NCBI GenBank assembly: GCA_029260115.1
Contig: JAJDDW010000010.1
Location: 695-64,694, forward strand
Reading direction: 5' to 3'
DNA length: 64,000 bases
Source: Phycisphaerae bacterium
GTDB lineage: Bacteria > Planctomycetota > Phycisphaerae > UBA1845
Under the pieces are notes generated by a model. That model did not search any database, was not told the origin of the DNA, and saw only the letters and a program-made list of their open reading frames with translations. The position numbers and the translations under genes are program-made. Numbering within the stretch: position 1 is the first letter of the stretch; each line of letters starts with the position of its first letter. Below, one piece after another: positions 18,851-27,046 of the stretch.

Positions 18851-19933
18851 ATGGCTATTGCCACCCAAGAGCAGATTCTCGATCAACTAAAAACCGTCAA
18901 CGACCCAGAACTACATAAAGACCTTGTCACACTGGGCATGGTGAAAGATGTATCCGTTGATGGATCAACCGTGAAGGTTCATGTCGAATTGACCACGCCA
19001 GCTTGTCCACTGAAAGACCAAATTGGCGGGGACGTGACAAATGCTATCAAACGAATCGATGGCGTTGAAACCGTTCAAATTGAGTGGAGTGCTCGAGTTC
19101 GTTCGAGCCGCGATTCATCCGCTACGCAGCTTCCCGGCGTGAAAAATGTCGTCGCGGTCGGTGCGGGCAAGGGGGGGGTTGGTAAAAGCACCGCCTCCGT
19201 GCTTTTAGCTTATGGCCTACACCGGGCGGGCGCGAAGGTTGGCCTGATGGATGCAGACGTTTATGGCCCGAGCATCCCGACGATGGTGGGAATAGAAGGG
19301 GCTAAACCCGAAGTAAGTGGCGATAAGATTCTTCCGCTTGATGCTGGCGGTGTAAAAATCATGAGCATTGGTTTTATGGTCGATCGGGAAAAACCGCTTA
19401 TCTGGCGCGGGCCAATGGTTCACGGCGTGGTGAAGCAGTTTCTCGAACAAGTCGATTGGGGCGAGCTAGATTATCTTATCGTCGATTTGCCGCCGGGCAC
19501 GGGCGACGTCCCGTTGACCTTGGCTCAGTCTATTCCTATGACGGGGGCGGTTGTGGTTTGCACGCCGCAAGACGTGGCGCTCATCGATGCCCGCCGGGCA
19601 GTGAGAATGTACGAGCAGCTAAATGTCAGCTGTCTGGGTATTATCGAAAACATGAGCTATTACCTGTGCCCGAGTTGTGGCCATCGCGACGAACTGTTCG
19701 ATCATGGCGGTGCGAAGCGCGCGGCAGAAGAATTAGCCGTGCCATTTCTGGGAGATATTCCGCTCAACATAAACATTCGCATCAATGGTGATAGTGGACA
19801 TCCAGAGAAAATATTTACAGGTACACCAGATTATGTAAAGCAGGCTTTAGATCGAGTTGTCGCTAACACGGCAGGCCAAGTGAGTATCAAGAGTCAGTTA
19901 CAAGTAGCAGCACCAACATTGACTATCGAATGA
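18851..19933 (+). CDS. Mrp/ApbC/NBP35-family Fe-S cluster carrier ATPase with N-terminal DUF59 domain
   Basis: DUF59-like N-terminus (VNDPELHKDLVTLGMV...TTPACP), deviant Walker A GKGGVGKS, and a CxxC motif (CPSC). Confidence 0.9.
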   Translation: MAIATQEQILDQLKTVNDPELHKDLVTLGMVKDVSVDGSTVKVHVELTTPACPLKDQIGGDVTNAIKRIDGVETVQIEWSARVRSSRDSSATQLPGVKNVVAVGAGKGGVGKSTASVLLAYGLHRAGAKVGLMDADVYGPSIPTMVGIEGAKPEVSGDKILPLDAGGVKIMSIGFMVDREKPLIWRGPMVHGVVKQFLEQVDWGELDYLIVDLPPGTGDVPLTLAQSIPMTGAVVVCTPQDVALIDARRAVRMYEQLNVSCLGIIENMSYYLCPSCGHRDELFDHGGAKRAAEELAVPFLGDIPLNINIRINGDSGHPEKIFTGTPDYVKQALDRVVANTAGQVSIKSQLQVAAPTLTIE

Positions 19934-19975
19934 GGTAGCGACACAACGAATGAAACTCATGAAGGAGTCGGAAAC

Positions 19976-20476
19976 ATGAAGGCCTCTCATCTGCTAGCTG
20001 ATTTGATTGAAGGATCGAGAATTTGGACGCTAAAATTAACCGCCGACCTTAGCGGTAATGATTGGTACCATCAGCCCGCGCCAGGCATGGCTCATCCGCT
20101 ATGGTTATGCGGTCACTTGGCCGCGTCTGAGCACGCGCTTATTCACGACCGCTGTCTGGGTAACCCGGCGCTCGAGGCCTCTTTTTTAGCTCATTTTCCA
20201 ATCGGCACGCCGGTGAAATCTGTCCAAGCACACGATTATCCGCCGATAAAGGACGTGCTCAATGTCATGGCATATCTGCATGAAAAGACGTTGGTCGCCA
20301 TTCGAGGGATGGATGATGACGCCTTGGCCGAGCCTTGCGCCGGTGCGGAAGGGAAACCTCATCCGCATTATAAGGATAAAGCTGGCGCGATATGTCACTG
20401 CGCAAGGCACGAAGGATTCCACGCGGGCCAAATTGCTTCGATCCGAAGATTATTAGGAAAATCATTCTTACGGTAA
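19976..20476 (+). CDS. DinB-superfamily (four-helix bundle, putative metal-dependent) protein
   Basis: The size and the conserved His pattern (HPLWLCGHL...H...ARHEGFHAGQI) are characteristic of DinB/YfiT-like proteins. Confidence 0.7.
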   Translation: MKASHLLADLIEGSRIWTLKLTADLSGNDWYHQPAPGMAHPLWLCGHLAASEHALIHDRCLGNPALEASFLAHFPIGTPVKSVQAHDYPPIKDVLNVMAYLHEKTLVAIRGMDDDALAEPCAGAEGKPHPHYKDKAGAICHCARHEGFHAGQIASIRRLLGKSFLR

Positions 20477-20494
20477 TAGCCCCAAATATTACTC

Positions 20495-21187
20495 ATGCAA
20501 ATTCATGTAATTTTTTTAGGCCCCAGTAGAGAACTCGCTCGACGGGATGACATGTCGCTAGCACTGCCCGAGGGCGCGACGATAGCCGAGATGCGCAAAC
20601 AGCTTCAATCGCAGTGCTCACCACTACAAGGCAAGCTTGAAGCCGTACGCTTCGCGGTCAACAATAGCTACGCACTCGATAGCCAAACCATTTGCGACGG
20701 AGACGAAATTGCCTTAATCCCACCCGTGTCTGGAGGCGCAAGCCAGACCGTTATGGTTGATCTAATGGATACCCCAATCCGCGTAAAGTCAATGACCCAG
20801 TTTCTCGACGGAGGCGACCATTGCGGCGGCCAGGTCACATTTGTGGGTATGACCCGAGCAGAGTCTGACGACCAACATGGTCAGCTTTTGCGCCTCGATT
20901 ACGAAGCTTACGAGGGCATGGCCAAGGACGTGATGCGGCGGTTAGCTGACGAGGCGATAGCGCGGTGGTCATTGCGAACAGTTGTTCTGGTACATCGTGT
21001 CGGATCCGTTTCTTTGGGCGAAATAGCTGTTTTCATAGGCGTTGCCGCTGGGCACAGAGCAGAATGTTTTGACGCATGTCGTTGGCTCATCGATACGCTC
21101 AAACAAGACGCTCCCATTTGGAAAAAGGATGTCTTTGAAGATGGCTTCGTCCGCTGGAGCGGCTCGCCACACGTCACTCAAGAATGA
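20495..21187 (+). CDS. Fused molybdopterin synthase MoaD-MoaE
   Basis: The N-terminal about 80 aa are ubiquitin-like and end in the MoaD signature (IALIPPVSGG). A MoaE domain follows (GGQVTFVGMTR...YEAYEGMA...VLVHRVG...APIWKKD). Confidence 0.85.
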   Translation: MQIHVIFLGPSRELARRDDMSLALPEGATIAEMRKQLQSQCSPLQGKLEAVRFAVNNSYALDSQTICDGDEIALIPPVSGGASQTVMVDLMDTPIRVKSMTQFLDGGDHCGGQVTFVGMTRAESDDQHGQLLRLDYEAYEGMAKDVMRRLADEAIARWSLRTVVLVHRVGSVSLGEIAVFIGVAAGHRAECFDACRWLIDTLKQDAPIWKKDVFEDGFVRWSGSPHVTQE

Positions 21188-21957
21188 AACGCCGAGCAGG
21201 AGACGTAGCCTGTATGCATAAGATTTCACCAAAAGAAAATGAAACAGGTCGCAAAAAAAGAGCGGGGCTAATTCTTAAAGAATTACGTAAGCTTTACCCG
21301 GACGCCGACTGCGCGTTGCATTACAGAAGCCCTTTTCAGTTATTGATCGCCACGATTCTATCCGCTCAATCAACCGACGAGACCATCAACAAAATCACGC
21401 CGGTCCTATTTGCCAAGCACGGCACCCCCAAGGCCTTAGCCGCTGCCTCGCGAGAGAAGATTGAAGAACTAATTCACGCATCGGGCTTTTTTCGTCAGAA
21501 GGCCAAGAGCATTCAAGGCGCGGCCCAAGCTATTCTGGACGATTTCGGCGGCAAAGTGCCGGAGACAATCGAAGATTTAATTACGCTACCCGGCGTGGCT
21601 CGCAAAACGGCGAATGTGGTGATGGGGACGGCGTTTGGTAAAAATGTAGGCGTCGTCGTGGACACCCACGTAGGCCGATTATCCACGCTATTAGCCATGA
21701 CATGGCGCAGCAAGGATACGAAAGACGCGGTGAAAATCGAGCGTGATCTGATGGAGGTTATCCCCCAACAGCATTGGACGTACCTTTCGCATGCCCTGAT
21801 CTTTCATGGCCGACAGGTATGTTCGGCCAGGAAGCCAGATTGCGAGAATTGCAGCTTAGCAAACTTATGCCCATCCGCTGGCATCGCAGAAAGCCTTGCG
21901 ATTAACACCAAAACGCAGGCCACAACAAAAAAAGCCAAGAAAAGCAAATCGGCCTAG
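21184..21957 (+). CDS. nth: Endonuclease III (DNA glycosylase / AP lyase)
   Basis: HhH-GPD motif (LPGVARKTANVV), VDTHVGRL and a C-terminal 4Fe-4S Cys cluster (C-x6-C-x2-C-x5-C). ATGA overlap with moaDE. Confidence 0.92.
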   Translation: MKRRAGDVACMHKISPKENETGRKKRAGLILKELRKLYPDADCALHYRSPFQLLIATILSAQSTDETINKITPVLFAKHGTPKALAAASREKIEELIHASGFFRQKAKSIQGAAQAILDDFGGKVPETIEDLITLPGVARKTANVVMGTAFGKNVGVVVDTHVGRLSTLLAMTWRSKDTKDAVKIERDLMEVIPQQHWTYLSHALIFHGRQVCSARKPDCENCSLANLCPSAGIAESLAINTKTQATTKKAKKSKSA

Positions 21958-22037
21958 CCACACAAACCAAAGAACGGTTGGGTCGCATGGGTATGCGCTG
22001 CTTGCCCGTGTCTTTTGATAATGAAGCGCAAATGCGA

Positions 22038-22053
22038 ATATATATATATATAT
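22038..22053. repeat. (AT)8 dinucleotide microsatellite
   Basis: ATATATATATATATAT read directly at 22038-22053. It sits where the composition changes after nth. Confidence 0.9.
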
Positions 22054-22357
22054 CAAACGACGCACGTGATGCCTTTGTGATGACATTAACCGCGCTTCGT
22101 AGGGAGTGTCGGAGTGATGTCGATGGTTGCGGAGGGCATTGGGTGGTCCCGACGGCGGACGACGGTGAAATTAGGCGGTAACCGGCACGGTGGAGGCCTG
22201 GTCGTTTGGAAGAAATCATCGACTCCCCCGCGTTCAAAGGGCACGGGCTACCCGACGAATCACGAAAGTCGTTTGTACCGCGTGCATCACGATCGAGGAT
22301 AATTGACCATTTCATGTGGAATTGACTCTTCACCGTCATTGATCAATGTTGGTTCCG

Positions 22358-23758
22358 CTACAGCCTGACGGTTATCGAGAATTCGTCTTCCGGCAGAGAT
22401 CTAGCCGTGATTGATCCACCCAGTCGCTCCACGATCGTTTTGCATAGCGACAAACCCAAGCCGCAGTGAGCGCCGTCTTTCCGGCGCGCGATGTCACCGC
22501 GCCAAAATCGGTCGAAGACGCGTGTAACATCCTCGGGCTTAATCTGACCACCTGAATTCGCAACGCAGATTTCCAATGTTCCATTTCGCCGTCCGGCCTC
22601 GATCATTACGCTGCCACTGCGGTCAGTGTAGTTGACCGCGTTCTCAAAGAGGTTCGATAGTACCGTACTAAGCATTTGGTGATCCGTATCGATGGCCAAA
22701 TCCGTCTCGATCTGCCAGCCGACGTGTAGCCCTTTCTCGCGGGCTGTCACCTCGAAGGCTCCCCATGCGTCGCGAAGCATTGCCTCGATATTCGTGGACT
22801 CCTTCCCGATTGGTTCGCTTTGGGCATCGTGACGGACTATGGCCAGCAGATTCTCGACGAGCTTCTGTGTCTGTATGGTGATCGACAGGCATGTCGAGAT
22901 TGCTTCTCGATACGACGCCGAGTCGCGCTGTCGGGACAGGGTAACTTCCAACGTGGACCTGATTCCCGCCAGGGGCGTGCGTAGCTCATGCGCAACATCG
23001 GCTGTCATCGTCTTCTCTCGCGAAAAAGCCGCGTCGAGTCGCCCAAACAGATTGTTGAGCTGGTTCACAATCGGACGAAGTTCGCGCGGTGTTGTTGCGC
23101 GATCATTCCGCATTGCTAGTAGTTTCTCATCTATTCCGCTGATATCCCGTGCGAGTTGATCCACAGGTTTCAGCCCGACATGAATTAGCAACGCTAGTAG
23201 GCCGATAGTTGTCACCGCCGTCAATACGCCAATCAGCACCAAAACAAGGGCCAGCTGTTCGAGCGTGGCGTTTACATCCAATATGTCCCGTGCAAGGGCG
23301 AATCGAAGCCGTTCGGGCCGCAAGCGCGGATGCGTGTCATCGTCGAGGCGCGTTGTGATAGCTATGGTCACGATGCGGCCCGGTCTACCGTCCGGCAGTC
23401 TAATGGAATGAATAGAGGCCTTGTTCGTGCAGTCGTCAAAACTAAGTAGGTCTTGCCCATCTAAGGATGACGAGCGCTCGACGGCGGTGCCGTCAGCTAG
23501 CCAGACTTGGAAATATTCAGGACGCAGAGTTCGTTCGAATTCGACCATGTCGGCCTCAGTGAATTCCAACTCGATCCGCTCGTCGCTTTGCTCGATCATC
23601 GAGGCAAGCGTCTCTGCTTTCTCACGGAGCGTGTTGTCGAAATCCTGTTGAAGCGACGTGCGCATCAAAGCATATAGGGCTATCCCGGCAGCCATCAGAG
23701 CAAATGCCGTTCCAAGTCCGGTGCCGACAAGTAGTCTTCGTCGAAGCGACGGCATCAA
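22358..23758 (-). CDS. Sensor histidine kinase (CusS/QseC-like architecture)
   Basis: Two TM helices flank a periplasmic domain. HAMP-like region, H-box VAHELRTPL, N-box LFENAVNYT, G box GLGLSLC. 4 nt overlap with the upstream response regulator. Confidence 0.9.
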   Translation of the reverse strand: MMPSLRRRLLVGTGLGTAFALMAAGIALYALMRTSLQQDFDNTLREKAETLASMIEQSDERIELEFTEADMVEFERTLRPEYFQVWLADGTAVERSSSLDGQDLLSFDDCTNKASIHSIRLPDGRPGRIVTIAITTRLDDDTHPRLRPERLRFALARDILDVNATLEQLALVLVLIGVLTAVTTIGLLALLIHVGLKPVDQLARDISGIDEKLLAMRNDRATTPRELRPIVNQLNNLFGRLDAAFSREKTMTADVAHELRTPLAGIRSTLEVTLSRQRDSASYREAISTCLSITIQTQKLVENLLAIVRHDAQSEPIGKESTNIEAMLRDAWGAFEVTAREKGLHVGWQIETDLAIDTDHQMLSTVLSNLFENAVNYTDRSGSVMIEAGRRNGTLEICVANSGGQIKPEDVTRVFDRFWRGDIARRKDGAHCGLGLSLCKTIVERLGGSITARSLPEDEFSITVRL

Positions 23759-24429
23759 TCGGCCTCCCCGAGCACGTAGCCTTGGCCGCGGCGCGTGTGA
23801 ATCAGTCTAGGCTGGTCAACTCCTTCGAGTTTTTTACGGAGGTAGCCGACGTAGACGTCCACAACATTGCTTTGTGCCTCCGAGTGAAACTCGTAGATAT
23901 GCTCCCAGACGTCAGTGCGCGAGACCACTTCGCCGGCACGCATGGCAAGAAACTCCAACAGCGCGTATTCCTTGGGCGTAAGATCGACCGGCGAACCGGC
24001 TCGTTTCACGGTCCGCGATACTGTATTTAGTTCCAAATCAAGCACGCGCACGATCGGGTCCGGCTTCTCGTATCGTCGCCGCGCCAGTGCCCGCACTCGG
24101 GCCAGTAGCTCCTCGAACGCAAACGGCTTTGTCAGGTAGTCGTCCGCGCCAAGGTCGAGGCCGCTTACGCGATCATCAACAGTGTCCTTGGCTGTCAGCA
24201 GCAGGATGGGCGTTTTGTCACCCGCCTTGCGGAGGCGATTCAGAATGGTAAGGCCGTCCACAGTGGGCAACATGATATCCAACACAATCGCGTCGTAATC
24301 ATTAGAGCGCGCATACCACGACCCCTCCTCGCCGTCGTTGGACGAATCCACGGCGAATCCGGCCTCAGAGAGCCCCTGCACAACCGACTTGCGCAGAGGC
24401 TCGTAATCTTCGACAACCAACACACGCAT
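23755..24429 (-). CDS. OmpR-family response regulator (CusR-like)
   Basis: Receiver (VLVVEDY, DAIVLDIMLPTVDG, LTAK) plus a winged helix (VDVYVGYLRKKLE...IHTRRGQGYVL). Confidence 0.92.
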   Translation of the reverse strand: MRVLVVEDYEPLRKSVVQGLSEAGFAVDSSNDGEEGSWYARSNDYDAIVLDIMLPTVDGLTILNRLRKAGDKTPILLLTAKDTVDDRVSGLDLGADDYLTKPFAFEELLARVRALARRRYEKPDPIVRVLDLELNTVSRTVKRAGSPVDLTPKEYALLEFLAMRAGEVVSRTDVWEHIYEFHSEAQSNVVDVYVGYLRKKLEGVDQPRLIHTRRGQGYVLGEAD

Positions 24430-24493
24430 AATACCTCAATGCTAACATCCATATCGCCACTGGCCACGTCAGGTTCGGATCCTTTTCAGCCTT

Positions 24494-25006
24494 CTAGTCA
24501 TCATTGTCGTCGTTATCATCTTCGTCACTATCATCGTCGTGGTCATCGACAACCTTTCCTGTGGGGAATACTTGGATTTCCTTCTCAATTCCATTGATCT
24601 TCGCCTCAAGTTCGTAAACGACGATAAGTTTCTTCTCAACGACCACGACAGCACCCGCTGGAAAATGTTGCCCGATGGCCGAGCGAACGCCAGGGGGCGC
24701 GCTGGCGGCGGGGATGGTCTCCTCAGTCTGTAAGAGCGTTCCGTCGCTTAGCACGGAGGCCTCGTACTCCACGCCGTTTACGGACCATGCAGCTTCAAAC
24801 ACCATCACGCCATCGTCCTTTTCACGCTCCAGCTTAGTGAACATGGCACCGCCTGCATACTTAACCAGCGCCGCTCGCGCGGGACCGGGTACTTGATCCA
24901 ACGAAATTTTGACCTCGTCCAATGCCGCTGCCAACCCGACTAGCGCTACGGTACTCAGCAGTCCAACGCAGATCAATAAGATTCTATTCTGTCTTGCATC
25001 CATCAT
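24494..25006 (-). CDS. Exported PepSY-like (BLIP-like, DUF2874-type) tandem-repeat protein with a poly-acidic C-terminal tail
   Basis: Signal/anchor segment. Two repeats follow the pattern (V/P)P..(A/V)(R/K).A(L/I)...(Y/F)(A/P)G(A)...VE(R/K)E...V(F/Y)E(A/L). The C-terminus is DDHDDDSDEDDNDDNDD. Confidence 0.75.
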   Translation of the reverse strand: MMDARQNRILLICVGLLSTVALVGLAAALDEVKISLDQVPGPARAALVKYAGGAMFTKLEREKDDGVMVFEAAWSVNGVEYEASVLSDGTLLQTEETIPAASAPPGVRSAIGQHFPAGAVVVVEKKLIVVYELEAKINGIEKEIQVFPTGKVVDDHDDDSDEDDNDDNDD

Positions 25007-25701
25007 CTGTCTCCTTATACGTGTCTAAGTTACTCAGGCAAACGGGTTACGTGTCCCCTTGCCAACAATTACGAGTGTCAGGCCGGTATCCGAATACTGC
25101 TTCGGTCAAACATGCCTCCTAGGTGCGATACGCCCAAGTATACCTGCCGGTCTGAATCAGTTCTTCTGACGCGCCTTCGCACCGCGTGTGGCCCTTGTAC
25201 CGTAATTAACATGAGAAGAAGATGAGAGACGCAGTTAAAGTCAAAGAATCTGCGTTCTTTTTATTGTCCGGGCGGCCCAAGTTCTGCTGTTTGGACTGGG
25301 GAAGGCGATGATGTACACCGCATGTTATGGATGCGCCATTACGCAGATACTTTGAATCGGATGATTCTTTAATCGCAATGCCTTTATAACAAAATCCGAG
25401 CGGCGGGCGCGAGCGTCCCGTGCCTTCAACACGCTAGAAGTGTCGCCAATCTGCAGAACATTCGTAACATTTGTGACAATCCGAAGGCACCTGGCGCTGC
25501 TGGTTCTGATTATGTCGCTAAAGATGGAAACCTCGTGGATGTGATTTTAACATTCGCGCTCAAGAAAAGCTTGTTCAGGAGCTAGACAATTGTCACAAGC
25601 CTTCCCGGCCTGGCTTTCATATGCCATTATTCAGGCATAAGTATTGAATATGTGACGGTGAAAAATCAAGATGGCTGTGGCATTGATTTACGAGATGAGC
25701 T

Positions 25702-25736
25702 AAAAAAACCCTGGACGCCTCATTGGACGTCCAGGG
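25702..25736 (-). terminator. Rho-independent terminator of the Kazal-like gene
   Basis: 9 bp perfect stem, CCCTGGACG (25709-25717) pairing with CGTCCAGGG (25728-25736). On the minus strand it is followed by T7, the complement of the A run at 25702-25708. It lies 24 nt after the stop. Confidence 0.7.
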
Positions 25737-25759
25737 CCGTATGTCATCTGAGTTTGTTA

Positions 25760-25999
25760 TTAACTATCAATACCACCACTACAGCCAGTAGCGCACGCCA
25801 CGTAGGCATAGCAGCCATTTGGGTATGTAATACCATTATCACAAGTTACTGGGTCATAAACATCTGGGCACAAAATGTCGCCACGGTCGCAGCCGCCGCG
25901 AATTGGCTTGCCCTTAGCTTGGACATCAGCTACGAAGGCGAATGCACCTATCGCAGCCAACAATGTTAGAGTCTTACCGATCGGAATTAACCAGTTCAT
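25760..25999 (-). CDS. Small secreted Kazal-like cysteine-knot protein (79 aa)
   Basis: Signal peptide ending VQAKG. The core CPDVYDPVTCDNGITYPNGCYAYVAC resembles the Kazal consensus C-P-x-x-Y-x-P-V-C-G-x-D-G-x-T-Y-x-N-x-C-x-x-x-x-A-C. Confidence 0.55.
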   Translation of the reverse strand: MNWLIPIGKTLTLLAAIGAFAFVADVQAKGKPIRGGCDRGDILCPDVYDPVTCDNGITYPNGCYAYVACATGCSGGIDS

Positions 26000-26160
26000 G
26001 TCCTACTCCTAATCTAGCGGTAATGAAACATAGCCGATACGCATCGACCAATCTAATACGAGATTTTCCATTCGCCTTCCTAACCATTACGGCGGCAGGC
26101 CATGTTAGCATTGTACTGGAACGTACTTCGGATTCAATAGATAGCCACCCCTCTCGTACA

Positions 26161-26171
26161 GGGGGGGGGGG
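26161..26171. repeat. G11 homopolymer tract
   Basis: Eleven consecutive G read at 26161-26171. The tract is intergenic, between the divergent Kazal-like (-) and VOC (+) genes. Confidence 0.9.
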
Positions 26172-26275
26172 CGGAAAATAGTTTGGTATTCGGCCTCTGT
26201 ACGAGTAGAATGTTCGGCTGGTCAGCGAACGCTGCGCAGGTGCGGGCCAATTAGGAATAGTCGGAGGAAAGAGCC

Positions 26276-26620
26276 ATGCAGATTCATTATCTCGAAATCG
26301 TTACAAAGGATGTAGACGCAGTGTGTGCCGCCTACGCCGCTACGAATGGTGTGAATTTTGGCGAGCCAGACGCGGGACGCGGCAACGCACGGACGGCCGC
26401 ACTGCCGGGCGGCGGGCTGGTTGGGGTGCGGGCGCCCATGCACGAGGCAGAGGAGCCGGTAGTGCGACCCTACTGGCTGGTGGACGACATCGAAGTGGCT
26501 GTCGCCGCGGCAGTGGAGGCTGGCGGCGAGGTGGCCCACCCGCCGATGGAAATCCCAGGCCAAGGCAAATTCGCTATCTACATCCAGGGCGGCAACCACC
26601 ATGGCCTTTGGCAGCGGTAG
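26276..26620 (+). CDS. VOC / glyoxalase-fold family protein (114 aa)
   Basis: The N-terminus MQIHYLEIVTKD and the overall beta-alpha-beta-beta-beta pattern, ending FAIYIQGGNHHGLWQ, are typical of small VOC proteins. GGAGGAAAGAG lies upstream of the ATG. The gene is very GC-rich. Confidence 0.7.
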   Translation: MQIHYLEIVTKDVDAVCAAYAATNGVNFGEPDAGRGNARTAALPGGGLVGVRAPMHEAEEPVVRPYWLVDDIEVAVAAAVEAGGEVAHPPMEIPGQGKFAIYIQGGNHHGLWQR

Positions 26621-26860
26621 GCACACGCGGCAGCACAAGGTCGTGATAGCCGCCCGGCTAGTTGGTTCTTCAGCAGAGCGGTGACTGCGCGATTGCTTGG
26701 AAAATTATCGATTTGGGCAGCCATATCGGGGTTTGCTTGACAGGATGGACGCTGGCTTTTAGTGTGTGGGTTGTGTATGTACATGGCTGGTGGGCTTACG
26801 CTCACAGATTATACAGCTTTACCTACTTTTATTGGCTGGTAATGAATATTTGGGGTTGAT

Positions 26861-27046
26861 ATGCTTCCTGTACAAAAGAAATCGAAATGTCGGACACGTA
26901 CCCGACGTGCCCATCACGCCATTAGTGCGGTCAACCTTTGCTCATGCCCCAACTGCGGGAAACCTAAGCTACCTCACGCGGCATGCGGGGTTTGTGGCTA
27001 TGTCAGTGCGAAGTTGACGTTAACCTCGGATAAGAAGGAAGGGTAA
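26861..27046 (+). CDS. rpmF: 50S ribosomal protein L32
   Basis: MLPVQKKSKCRTRTRRAHH...CPNCGKPKLPHAACGVCG is the classic L32 zinc-ribbon sequence. Confidence 0.93.
   Translation: MLPVQKKSKCRTRTRRAHHAISAVNLCSCPNCGKPKLPHAACGVCGYVSAKLTLTSDKKEG

Noticed and set aside
18586-18918. 110 aa plus-strand ORF spanning the HK / mrp intergenic region
   Set aside because: It overlaps the kinase start and the mrp start in the wrong frames, and no motif is recognisable. The mrp ATG at 18851 gives a complete DUF59-Mrp protein.
21902-22339. 145 aa minus-strand ORF, plus small plus-strand ORFs, in the nth-to-kinase gap
   Set aside because: It overlaps the nth 3' end and crosses the (AT)8 tract. The composition is low-complexity and there are no motifs. 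I treat the gap as non-coding junction DNA, although a decayed gene cannot be excluded without blastx.
26222-26646. 138 aa minus-strand and 107 aa plus-strand ORFs overlapping the VOC gene
   Set aside because: The region is very GC-rich (46/60 in one hand-counted line), which suppresses stop codons in all frames. Only the 26276-26620 frame has an RBS-like GGAGG and a recognisable VOC-type sequence.
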